Source: Octopus vulgaris (Eukaryota). From it: DNA of 64,000 nt. The position numbers were made by a program, and so were the translations under genes. Each line of letters opens with the position of its first letter. Position 1 is the first letter of the stretch. The notes below the pieces were generated by a model that worked only from the letters and a program-made list of their open reading frames with translations, was not told where the DNA came from and searched no databases. The stretch spans positions 165,540,001 through 165,604,000 of the forward strand of contig OX597817.1 in the NCBI GenBank assembly GCA_951406725.2, written 5' to 3'. Shown here piece by piece: positions 26,810 through 39,132 of the stretch.

Positions 26810-27191
26810 GGAGGCGCAATGGCCCAGTGGTTAGGGCAGCGGACTCGCGGTCGTAGGATCGCGGTTTCGATTCCCAGACCGGGCGTTGTGAGTGTTTATT
26901 GAGCGAAAACACCTTAAGCTCCACGAGGCTCCGGCAGGGGATGGTGGTGATCCCTGCTGTACTCTTTCACCACAACTTTCTCTCACTCTTACTTCCTGTT
27001 TCTGTTGTACCTTGTATTTCAAAGGGACGGCCTTGTCACTCACTGTGTCACGCTGAATATCCCCGAGAACTACGTTAAGGGTACACGTGTCTGTGGAGTG
27101 CTCAGCCACTTACACGTTAATTTCACGAGCAGGCTGTTCCGTTGATCGGATCAACCGGAACCCTCGTCGTCGGAACCGACGGAGTGCTTCC
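26810..27191 (+). mobile_element. tRNA-Arg(TCG)-headed SINE family B with TSD
   Basis: GGCGCAATGGCCCAGTGGTTAGGGCAGCGGACTCGCGGTCG..TTCGATTCC head. 16-bp direct repeat ATTGTCTATTTTTGGA at 26797 and 27192. Confidence 0.9.
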
Positions 27192-27261
27192 ATTGTCTAT
27201 TTTTGGAATAATGTAGTTGTCAAAACTTGATCTCTAAATAATAAAAAAAAAACATCTGCAT

Positions 27262-28253
27262 ATTTTATCTTTTACTTGTTTTAGTCATTGTACTGCGGCC
27301 ATGCTGGGGTACCACTTTAAAATATGATTGGACAAATGAATCAAATGCAGCACTTATTCTATCAATTTGCCGAACCGCAAAGTTGCGGCGTTTGTAAACA
27401 TACCAACACTGGTTGTCAGGTTGTGGTGAAGGACAAACATAGACACAAAGACACACAAATACATATACTTTGGGTTGTCCGGAAAGTTCGTGCCGATTTA
27501 TAATAGCTTACCTTTCGACTTACTTTAGAACATAGTTGAGTTCATAAAATAGGATTTGACTACACCTCCATTTAGAGCACAGTTTAAGCTATCCTTTCGT
27601 GGAAGAAGGTTTATATTCCTATAACCTGTGTTAATTCTGTAACCCTTTAAAATGGAAGATAAGAGAGTTTATTTTCGGCACTTGATGCTCTGGGAATTGC
27701 TGCATCTCGGCTGGTATGTGTTACTCCACCCTCCATATTCACCAGATATTGCTGTAGCTCGGTTGGGATGTGTTACCCCACCTCCATATTCACCATATAT
27801 TGCTGTAGCTCGGCTGGGATGTGTTACCCCACCCTCCATATTCACCAGATATTGCTCCTTCGGATTTCCACTTATTCAGGTCTCTGCAGAAAAGTCTTAA
27901 TGGTAAAAATTTCAATTCCTTGGATGACGTAAAAAGATACCTTGATGAATTCTTTGCCATGAAACCACCTCAATTCTGGGAAGAGGGTATTTTCAAGTTA
28001 AAGGAAAGATGGAGACGCATTGTGCCACAAAATGGTTCATATTTGGTTGATTAAAAATGTAGTGGTAAGTATTTATTGACCTTTTTTATTTCCTTTAAAA
28101 ATCGGCATGAACTTTCCGGACAACCCAATGTAACGAACTTCTTTCAGTTTCCATCTACCAAATCCACTTACAAAACTCAAGTCGATGATTCCGTGGGACT
28201 GAACCCAGGACCATGAGGTTGGGAAGCAAGCTTCTTACCACACAGCCACGCCT
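27262..28253 (-). mobile_element. SINE family A split by a mariner insertion
   Basis: Tail at 27262-27467, head at 28130-28253. Confidence 0.85.
27470..28128 (+). mobile_element. Internally deleted mariner nested in a SINE
   Basis: TIRs TTGGGTTGTCCGGAAAGTTCGTGCCGATTT / AAATCGGCATGAACTTTCCGGACAACCCAA. MEDKRVYFRH start is joined to HPPYSPDIAPSDFHLFRSL..GIFKLKERW. Confidence 0.92.
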
Positions 28254-28586
28254 GGTCTACAACCGAAACGTGTTTTCTGTTAAAACCCCCTTGAACAGGC
28301 TTACTTGGGACTCAACAGAACCGTCTACGAAAAACATTGAGAAGCAATCAAGTTAACAATTTTCTCGACGACTAATCACAATCGAATAATGTCTAATTAG
28401 AATGTCCACATCTAAACATTGTTTCGATCAATTCCATCTCAATTATTCATCGCATATCGAAATTTTTGGATTTGTACAATACTCCCGGGTTGAACCCATA
28501 TTTGTAAAGGCACTAAAGTCATTTAGTCCAAACCGTAATTCTTCCTTTCCGTTCTCCATCCTTCAAAACATTTTCTAAGCCTTACG

Positions 28587-28642
28587 CACTATTCGCGTTA
28601 ACCACTATTCGCGTTAACCACTATTCGCGTTAACCACTATTC
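28587..28642. repeat. 16-bp tandem repeat CACTATTCGCGTTAAC x3.5
   Basis: Direct reading. Confidence 0.95.
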
Positions 28643-29082
28643 TCGTCTCCTTCGCCTCAAGGCCGTATTTTATTCGACTGTTTGTTCTCGTCCATCATCC
28701 TAAATCACACTGTGTCGTTTTGCTTGTTCGTTTTTCGTTTTGCATGCTCTTGATCCTAATTCTATGCAAAAAAAACCTTTTTGTGTGTGTGCACCACCAA
28801 CTGGGAAGCACTCAGTCTTATCGTTAAAGGTGCGAAGCTGAACAGCAGCATTGGTCAATAACTGATGCAGGATTGTGGACGTTCTGGCTGTCTCCCGTTC
28901 ATTTTTACGTTCAGTATACGTTACTTCGTTTTTATATATGTATATGTGTATATAATTAATTAATAAGGGTGAGAGAATTAGATACTAATTTAATAGTATA
29001 TTTATTCCACACCAAGTGGCCTAGTGCTACGAGAAACCTGGATTATTATAATATTTTATAACATATTATAATATTTTCACAA

Positions 29083-29420
29083 AATAAATATAAGAGAGTG
29101 GTCACTATATTGATCACTCTAGCACCAGTTAATCCAAAAGGTTTCAACCACGAAAATACATGTTTCCCATGAAAGCCAGTACGACTGTTAGCTCACACGG
29201 ACTTTAATACATTTAATTACATATATATTACATTTAATTCATTAATAGCGAAACAATTGTCCCAAAATAATCTGTATTTTTGTTATTTTTTATTTGCCCT
29301 GTCCGTGTGAGCTAACAGTCGTACTGGCTTTCATGGGAAACATGTATTTTCGTGGTTGAAACCTTTTGGATTAACTGGTGCTAGAGTGATCAATATAGTG
29401 ACCACTCTCTTATATTTATT
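29083..29420. repeat. Apparently perfect 120-bp inverted repeat with 98-bp spacer
   Basis: 29083-29202 is the reverse complement of 29301-29420. Confidence 0.95.
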
Positions 29421-29438
29421 ATATATGTGTATATATAT

Positions 29439-29850
29439 ACTCTCTTTTACTCTTTTACTTGTTTCAGTCATTTGACTGCAGCCATGCTGGAGCACCGCCT
29501 TTAGTCGATGAAATCGACCCTGGGATTTATTCTTTGTAAGCCCAGTACTTATTCTATCGGTCTCTTTTGCCGAACCGCTAAGTGACGGGAACGTAAACAC
29601 ACCAGCATTGGTTGTCAAGCAATGCTAGGGGGACAAACACAGACACACAAACACACACATACATATATATACATATACATATATACGACAGGCTTCTTTC
29701 AGTTTCGGTCTACCAAATCCACTCACAAGGCATTGGTCGGCCCGGGGCTATAGCAGAAGACACTTTCCCAAGATGCCACGCAGTGGGACTGAACCCGGAG
29801 CCATGTGGTTGGTTAGCAAGCTACTAACCACACAGCCACTCCCGCGCCTA
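29439..29850 (-). mobile_element. SINE family A
   Basis: Full-length match. Confidence 0.92.
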
Positions 29851-30243
29851 TATATATATAAAGTGTAAGATTATCAAAAAAAGCAATAATTTATACCATT
29901 GGTCAGTATACGTCAAAAATGTCCTTAGACCATAAACATTTTTATAATATATACATGTGTATGTAATTTTTAAAATTTTTTCAAATTGTCTTTCCTACCG
30001 ACATCCAACGTGTTATAAATAAGTATACATTTTTCGTTAAGAAACAGTGAACAGTGTCAGTGAGCAGGTCGCGGTCTCAAAGCGACGAAAATATTTTGAC
30101 AAATTAAATATAAATATTGAAGTGAATCTAACGAATTTTGTGTGTTTCTTAAATGGCTTATAAACACCTTCTACGCTGCAATTGCTTTCGTTCCAGCGCA
30201 AGATCTCAGATCAGGTCACTTGCTATGCAAATAAATCTCCATA

Positions 30244-30280
<37 letters not shown>

Positions 30281-30553
30281 TCTGTATTTTTATTCGTGTA
30301 CATCGTTCGTTTTCCGTCCTTGTGCTGTATACATTCGAAGCTTTCTTCCAAGGGATCTAATGCGCTTGGCTTAGATTTTCCTTGGGGCTGCCCAGGTCGG
30401 AGCAATCTCAAGATTAATCAGCCGAAATTGCGAAGATGATCTGGTTCTTGACTGATGACTGAAGGCTTCGAATGTCCCGTCCTGTGGTTCTTGTGTCGTC
30501 TCCTAGGTGTTTCACGTTCTTGTCCCAGTTTGTATATATTTTTTACTTTTTAC

Positions 30554-30609
<56 letters not shown>

Positions 30610-31074
30610 AAATAGCTTTACCAATGAGAAAGCAAACACCTATGTGGAGGAGGAAAACCAAGCGCTCCTCCCTTTCTAGTCCAAGTTCTGACTCCATGTA
30701 GTGGTGTCATGCTGATAGTGTGGGTGCCATGCATTGGTGGTGGTGGTGGTGACGGTGTTGGTGATGTCACGAATAGCAGCAGCGCTACCAAGAGGCATGT
30801 CATAGTGGTACAGGTGATGTCATGGCAGGAGGGATAGTGCCATATGATGATGGCAGTGGAGTTGTGATAGAGATGCCACGCTGCTTGTTGCTGTTGTAGC
30901 ATAGCGGTTTTGGTGGTGGTGGTGGTGGTGATGTAGTTGTATAAAACAGGAAGAGAGAGAGAGATGTAGTGGAACTGCTCAGAGTGAATTAGATTTTGCT
31001 GCGATACGGAACATTCTTTAAAAAAAAAGGAGGATTCTGGATTGTGATAATCAGACTTGATGATAACAAAATCG

Positions 31075-31294
31075 CCAATCATCATCATCGTCATCGTCAT
31101 CACTATCATCATCATCATCATCATCATCACCATCGTCATCATGACTATCATCATATCCCTCCTTCTCCTTCTTCTCTTCCTCCTCCTCCTCCTCATCATT
31201 ACGATCACGACGACGACGACGACAATCATCATCATCATCATCATCACCTTCATCTACATCATCACTACCACCGCCATCATCATCATCATCATCG

Positions 31295-31341
<47 letters not shown>

Positions 31342-31515
31342 GTCATCATCATCATCATCGTCATCGTCATCGTCATCATCATCGTGGTCGTCGTCGTCAT
31401 CATCATCATCATCATCATCATCTTCATCATCATCATCATCATCATCGTCGTCATCATCATCGTCGTCATCATCATCATCATCATCATCACCATCATCACC
31501 ATCATCATCATCAGT
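31075..31515. repeat. (CAT)n-rich trinucleotide repeat
   Basis: Direct reading. Confidence 0.95.
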
Positions 31516-31969
31516 TTCAGCAGTAGCAGCATCAGGATTATAAGTTCCTCCATCGTCTACATCTTATAATACTCACCAATATTAAAACCTTCAACCCTTG
31601 TCGTCTTCCTCCTCCTCCCCTCCTCCTTCTTCGTGCTGTTGTTCACTTCGTACTTGTTGTTTAGGAATTTAATGCTGATGATGATGAGGAGGAGGTGGAG
31701 AACACGAACAAGAAAAATCAAGAACAACAACAACAACGATAAAAAAAACTGTAGCACCAGCAAGAAAAATGCTTCAAGGTAATAAATATGTCTGTCAGCG
31801 GGTGAGGGAGGAGGGGCGAGAGAATGTAGGGGTGGATGGGGCGGAACGAAGATGGAGAGATGAAGTGTAAAAAACTTCAAGTATTTCACTGAGGAGACAT
31901 TATGGCACAACGATAAGGGGTCTATAAATTTTGAACAGAGGTATTGAGTTCGTATCTCGCCTCAGGTAT

Positions 31970-32198
31970 ACTCTCTTTTACTCTTTTACTTGTTTCAGTC
32001 ATTTTGACTGCGGCCATGCTGGAGCACCGCCTTTAGTCGAGCAAATCGACCCCGGGACTTATTCTTTGTAAGCCCAGTACTTATTCTATCGGCCACTTTT
32101 GCCGAACCGCTAAGTGACGGGGACGTAAATACACCAGCATCGGTTGTCAAGCAATGCTAGGGGGGACAAACACAGACACACAAACATATACACACACA

Positions 32199-32247
<49 letters not shown>

Positions 32248-32408
32248 GACAGGCTTCTTTCAGTTTCCGTCTACCAAATCCACTCACAAGGCATTGGTCG
32301 GCCTGGGACTATAGCAGAAGACACTTGCCCAAGATGCCACGCAGTGGGACTGAACCCGGAACCATGTGGTTGGTTAGCAAGCTACTTACCACACAGCCAC
32401 TACTGCGT
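31970..32408 (-). mobile_element. SINE family A
   Basis: Full-length match. Confidence 0.92.
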
Positions 32409-33240
32409 ATTTAGTAAAATTCAGAATATATACACTAGTTTCAAATTTTGGCTCAAGGCTAGCAATTTTGGATGAAGGAGGAAGGCGATTATGTATACTC
32501 TACTGTTCAACTGGTCCTTATTTCATGAACCTCGAAAGGACGAAAGTCAAAACTGACCGTGGCAGAATTTGAACTCGGAGCTTAAAGTTAGACGAAATGC
32601 TGCTTAGCATTTTTCCTGCGCGGCAACGACTCTCCTATTCACCGCCTCGTACAACAGACATATATTAGTTTCAAATTTTAGCACAAGGCCAGCAATTCTG
32701 TTGGAGGACGAACGTCGATAACATCAACCCCAGTGTTCCTCCTGTACTTATTTTATCGACTCTGAAAGGATAATAGGCAAAGTCGACCTTCGCGGATTTG
32801 AACTCAGAACGGGAAGACGAACGAAATGCCACTAAGCAAGCATTTTCCCCGGCGTGCTAACGACAGCACACAAAGATTATCTGCAAGATTATAAGCGAAT
32901 ATCTTTCTGTGCCATAAAAATTTACAAACCTCTGTGATCTAACACCGTTATGAAACAGAAATACGAAAATTTATTTTCATGTTAAAAGAAAAGATAAACT
33001 CAATATTTAATTCTCGCTGGTTTTAGAGTAGTTCAATTCCTTTCTTTGGTGGTTCAAACCGTACATTAATATGTACTACCAGCCCCTTATGGGAACTTGC
33101 CTATTGACAGTTTTCAATCTTATATTCTACGCAAAATATCCTGTTGCTGTTGACGTCTCTGTCAACAACACTATTTGGGTTTTGTGTACTCCGATCTGTT
33201 GGTGAACCCTCGATCCTCATAAATTTCTATTGCATAAATT

Positions 33241-33332
<92 letters not shown>

Positions 33333-33333
<1 letters not shown>

Positions 33334-33733
33334 TCTTTTACTTGTTTCAGGCTTTTGACTGCGGTAATGCTAGAGCACCGCCTTGAAGTCGAACAAATCG
33401 ACCCTAGGACTTATTCATTTTTAAGCCATATACTTTTCTATGTTTTTTTTTTTTTGCAGCACTGCTAAGTCACGTTCCCGTAAACGCACCAACACCGGTT
33501 ATCAAACGATGATGTGGGGACAAAAACTGGCACAAAGGCACACACACGCATTAATATATATACTTATATATACGACGGTTCTCTTTCAGTTTCCGTCTAC
33601 CAAATCCATTCACAAGGCTTTGGTCAGCCCGAATCTACAGTAGAAGACGCTTGTCCAAGGTGCCACGCAGTGGGACTGGACCCGGAACCATGTGGTTGGG
33701 AAGCAAGCTTCTTACCACACAGCCACACCTGCG

Positions 33734-33737
<4 letters not shown>
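33333..33737 (-). mobile_element. SINE family A, diverged
   Basis: Full-length diverged match. Confidence 0.88.
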
Positions 33738-33796
<59 letters not shown>

Positions 33797-34589
33797 ATAA
33801 ATATATATATGTATGTTATATATACACACACACACACATATATGTACGTATTTATAATTAATGTTTAGTATAAGCAACAGAGTGACACAAGAACCGAAAG
33901 TTAAGGGCGTTAGTACTTATCAAACTAGTTACAGATCGAAGAGTTGTGGGTTTTTATACCCGGTGATCATAGTATTTCCCTGGATAGTTCTTGAACGAAT
34001 TATAAAAGCAATTACAATATCAGGTGGAAAATTCATATATTTTCAAAAAGGTTGCCAGTTATGTTGCTCAGTGAGTAAATGCCTAAATAAAGGAAAATGT
34101 CACCTAATATAACATAATACATCAATTAAAATGTCACTTTATTGTTCTGATAATGAAAATACCACTAAAGTTAATAGACAAGTATTTCAAGTATTCTCTG
34201 TATTGAAACCAAATATATTTCATATTAGAAGTAGCATTTCAAATGGACAATTTTAGTTTAAAACTTTGCCATCTTGCAGTCTGTAAAGCTATAGTATGGA
34301 ACTAATAATTGTTGCAAATTTTGTCACGTGGCCGACAAATCGATCATTGTACTTAACTGGTAATTTATTTTATCGACCATGAAAAGATGAAAGGCAAAGT
34401 ACGACTCGGCGATATTTGAAGTGAAAACCGGAAGAAATGCCACTGAGCAAATTTTGTACGACATGCTAGCGATTCAGACAGTTTATCGTCTTAAGGAACT
34501 AACTATTATGACAACAGCTGCAGCAACGTCAATAACAACAAGAGCACTCAGAGAGCGCAAACCTCCACCAAGGCAACACCAAAGGTCCG

Positions 34590-35078
34590 TGGAGGCGCAA
34601 TGACCCAGTGGTTAGGGCAGCGGACTCGCGGTCGTAAGAACGTGCTTTCGATTCCCAGACCGGGCATTGTGAGTATTTATTGAGCAAAAAACACCTAAGC
34701 TCCACGAGGCTCCGGGGTGGGGGTGAACCCCGCTGTACTCTTTCACCACAACTTGCTCTCACTCTTTCGTCCTACTTCTGCCACAAAGCAGAGGAACCAT
34801 GGTGTAACCCACTATGGTGTGGTAAACGCAGACCCTAGTCTAGATTGCGAATCCTCTGTACCCCATGATGGTTCAGCTCTCCACCCGTTAAAAGCTACCG
34901 TTTACAGAATGAGGATAACAACGTAGATTTCGCGCCCGTGCAACCGCCGGTCTATCGCATGTGGTGGGTGGATCTTCAAGTTACCACACGCATTCTTAGT
35001 AGCTTAGAGTAGGCTCGAATACGAGATTATTCTTTGTGGCTAATGGCATGAGTCCTGATTGTGAGAAGAAGAAGAAGA
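34590..35078 (+). mobile_element. SINE family B with long (GAA)n-ended tail, nested in HINE-like repeat
   Basis: Family B head. Degenerate TSD ACACCAAAGGTCC / ACACAAACGTCC. Confidence 0.8.
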
Positions 35079-36512
35079 CACAAACGTCCTCTCAATGATT
35101 AGCCAGAGAGGATTTTTTTAAATGAGAATATCTGAAATAAACTCGACTGCTCTCACAAACGAGAATATTAAAATGAACCCGACCGCTCTCAAAACTTAAG
35201 TAAAGAAAAAAAAAAACGGAAAAATAATCCAGAATCTTTGTCTGGTATTGGATCGATCCCAAAACCTAATCAGTTCGTGCCAGTCACGAGGCCAAACATT
35301 TCTGAAAGTTTCATCCAAATCCATCCAACTGTTCTTAAGATATCTTGTGGACGGACAAACTAACAAACAAACAAACGCGACTAAAAACAATACCTCCGCT
35401 TTCGCTAAGGTGGCGAAGACGGAGGTAATAATAATTTCTTATCTACCATACAATCAATAAATATCAGCAGTTACTATTTTGTGAGCGTATGTGTGTATGT
35501 GTACGGACACGTGTGCATTTGTGTATGTGGCAAATGCACACAACTATAAATCATGTAAATAAACGTGCTTAGGATAGTCGATAGTTTGCCTAATGTCTCT
35601 GTGAATGAAAAAAAAAACGGTGAAGTTTATGTAGTGAAAACATGTAATACTTATGTACTGATACCTATTTCTTTATTACCCACAAGGGGCTGAACATAGA
35701 GGGGACAAACATGGACAGACATAGGTATTAAGTCGATTACATCGACCCCAGTGCTTAACTGGTACTTAATTTATCGACCCCGAAAGGATGAAAGGTAAAG
35801 TCGACCTCGGCGGAATTTGAACTCACAACGTAACGGCAGACGAAATACCGTTATGCATTTCGCCCGATACCATCGTAGGACATCTTAGAGTGCTTAAGCA
35901 ACTTTTTGCTCTATCGCCATATAGCTGCGGTTTCATAAGAATTAGAATCTCATTCTGCCACTATGCCATATGTATAATACCGACGATCGGCCACGAGTAG
36001 TAGATATATAAAGCAGTTTGGTACTGACAAAGAGGAACGAAGCAAGTAGTTTTATATTTCGCTGAGAAATAATGTCTTGACGAGGTACCGAAGTTGATGG
36101 GATATAACACAAACGTTTCGTCAAAAGCAAAAAAAAAACAATTCTTGAAAAAGCATGAAAATGTGTTACCTCGGGCCCTATATGCAAAGTTAGGTCTCTC
36201 ATAAGTTTTGATGCACAAAAATATGCTTTTTTTTTATACTGAATATGCGATACTGGAATGGGTCTTCGTCTAATTTCCCAAGTGCTTTTTTATGCTATGA
36301 AATACGATAGTAAAAATTTTGTTCAGACTCTCTCCCGGCAATGTAAGTTGAAACGCTTAAAAAAAAGAGAGATATTCGATGAATGCAAATTCGCGTGCGC
36401 ACACCACCGACATCCACACTTATGCATTCATCCAGATGTGCATATGCACATATGAAAGAGAAACATATTCAATGCATATAGTAGATTTTATAATTTATTT
36501 CCATTAATTATA

Positions 36513-36887
36513 AACAAGAACAACCAGAGAGCGCAAATCTCCGCCAAGGCAACACCAACGTCCTCTCTACAATTAACCGGAGAGGATTTTTAAAATGAGA
36601 ATATCTGAAATAAACTCGACTGCTCTCACAAACGAGAATGCTAAAAATGAATCCGACTGCTCTCAAAAATTAAGTTTAAAAATCGAAAAAATAATCCAGA
36701 ATCCATGACCGGTACCAGATTGATCCCAAAATCTAATTAGTTCGTGCCAGTCACGAGGCCAAACATCTCTGACAGTTCCACCGGAATCCATCCAGCGGTT
36801 CTTGAGATATCTTGTCCACAATCAATCAAGCAAGTAAACAAACACGATTGGAAACAATACCTCCGCCTTCGCTAAGGTGAAGGTAAT
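36513..36887 (+). mobile_element. Helentron-associated (HINE/DINE-1-like) non-autonomous repeat; second copy 34537-35428 interrupted by a SINE
   Basis: Two similar copies. 5' (C)TCCGCCAAGG sub-terminal motif and 3' hairpin TACCTCCGCCTT-CGCT-AAGGTGAAGGTA. The family assignment is inference. Confidence 0.6.
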
Positions 36888-37984
36888 AATCTTTTCAACG
36901 ATTGGGACTAAGCCTGAAATGTGGTTGGAGTAAGGCTAGTCATTTACATCGGCTCCAGTACGGTACTCCTGATACTTATTTTATTGATCCTGAAAGGATT
37001 ATAGTCAACGTCAACCTTGCCGGAATTTGCACTCAGAACTGAAAACCTTAAGAAATGCAAGCTAAGCATTTTACCTGCTGTGCAAACGATTCTTGCCCGC
37101 TCACTGCCTTCTGAAAATAACAAAAAATACACTACATAAATGTGCAAGTGCGTGGTTTAGTGGTTAGGCTGTCAGCATCATGATCGTAAGATTGTGGTTT
37201 CGATTCCTGGACCGGGCGACGCGTTGTGTTCTTGAGCAAAACACTTCATTTCACGTTGCTCCAGTCCACTCAGCTGGCAAAAGTGAGTAACGCTGCGATG
37301 GACTGGCGTCCCGACCAGCTGGGGAACACACACGCCATAGAAACCGGGCCCATGAGCCTGGTTAGTCTTTAAAAAGGGTGCATTTATTATTTTACACTAA
37401 ATGAATACTTATACGCTTTCTGACAATCAACAACGTTTACTTTGACACGAATTGAACCCACGGACCACGGATTTTGAACACTTGGATTGTAGTACTGTCC
37501 GGTGGAAACTATTCATAAATAGTTTATGTAAAACCACGTCTAATCTAACTCGTGGCTACGTATGAGTCAATTTTTATCTACTGGTTGATATAATGCAACC
37601 CATATTAGAATATTTTGATGGCCATTTAAGGAATATTCTGCTGCACCCTGCATAGTTTGTATGTTTGTATTGTCAAGCATCATCGCCCTCTCAAATCTCC
37701 CTCTTGCCTCTTTCTCTACCACCCGCGCTACTATCACCCACACAAACAAAATAATATCATCTAACATCTTATAACAAACACTACCAGAGCATGTGTGTAT
37801 GTATGTGTTCTTGTTTATACAAAAGAAAAGAAAAAAAAATAGATAATATGTGGAGAATAATTATTCTCAGAAAGCCAAATTCTGGGATATAGAGTGACAC
37901 TAACGAAAGCTACCCCAAATTTCAAGCCGTAAACATATACTAAAAAATGAACCCAGTTATAAACACATAAATGTATAATACTGT

Positions 37985-38026
<42 letters not shown>

Positions 38027-38460
38027 CTACACACACATCTACACACACGCGCGTTATGTAAATAGTATCAAAATCCAAGCTGTGTCCTCTTGAAGCACAT
38101 CTGCTTATTCCGTGCTTAAGAGTAGCGTGTAAATGGTATATTTCTTTGACGTTTTGAATAAGAGTTTAAAATTTCTGGGAAAATATCTTTTGCAGAATAA
38201 TTACAAATTAAAACAGGAAATTGGGAAAGATTTTTGGAATTATTTATTCACCATTACACATGTTCCATTTGCTAATAGAAGTTACAAAATTGTACATATC
38301 GAAGAAATGTTTAAGGAAATTGCGTATTAGAAATTCTTCTGACAAAGAATGAGCTTGAAGATTGCTTGGGGACACAAGGCGTGTTATAAAAACTTGCGTA
38401 AATCCGCTCCAAAGCAAGAAAACTATTAGCAGCTCGTAACTTTATGCTGTTTATACTAAA

Positions 38461-38507
<47 letters not shown>

Positions 38508-39043
38508 CGTAGGAGTGGCTATGTGGTAAGTAGCTTGCTTATGAACCACATGGTTTCGGGTTCAGTCCCACTGCGTGGTACCTTGGGCAAGTGTCTTCTA
38601 CTATAGCCTCGGGCTGACCAAAGCCTCGTGAGTGGATTTGGTGGACGGAAACTGAAAGACGCCGTCAGAAAGGAAAGATCCAAGGAAGGGAAGACGGAAC
38701 AAAAAAATACAACGATACACACACGGTCAACAACAGGTATCTTTCGACTAAGTACGAATTAAATTAAGCTGGCGTGTATGGAAGTAAAGCCTTACGGAAT
38801 GGACATAAAATTTAACAGGCTCAGGGAGGATTATAGATGTTGCACGGATGGTAGTCGAAACAAGAAAGCAAAGTCAGGTCTGGCCGAACACCGGTCACGT
38901 GGGAACTGTTCAATTTGAAGACTCCACTAGAATGGACGAAAGCGCCAGTACATGATATATGATGTATGATGTATAAAAACATGTAACATACTAATAAATA
39001 TCTGTAAATATAAAACCATCCGGATTTCTGAGTACCTCATTTC

Positions 39044-39128
<85 letters not shown>

Positions 39129-39132
39129 CATA

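Noticed and set aside
26813-26885. tRNA-Arg gene candidates (also 50763-50835)
   Set aside because: tRNA-like heads continue into repeated SINE bodies, one with a TSD. No proper acceptor stem or T-run terminator.
28587-28642. CRISPR-like arrays (also 16844-17290 and 63801-64000)
   Set aside because: Head-to-tail repeats without unique spacers, no cas genes, and eukaryotic context.
30452-30480. CTGATGA hammerhead core candidates (also 1741 and 62350)
   Set aside because: No correctly placed stem II-GAAA-stem III-UH. The 1741 instance is the RT FADD codons.
30996-31526. His-rich ORF
   Set aside because: (CAT)n microsatellite, and overlapping frames are equally open.
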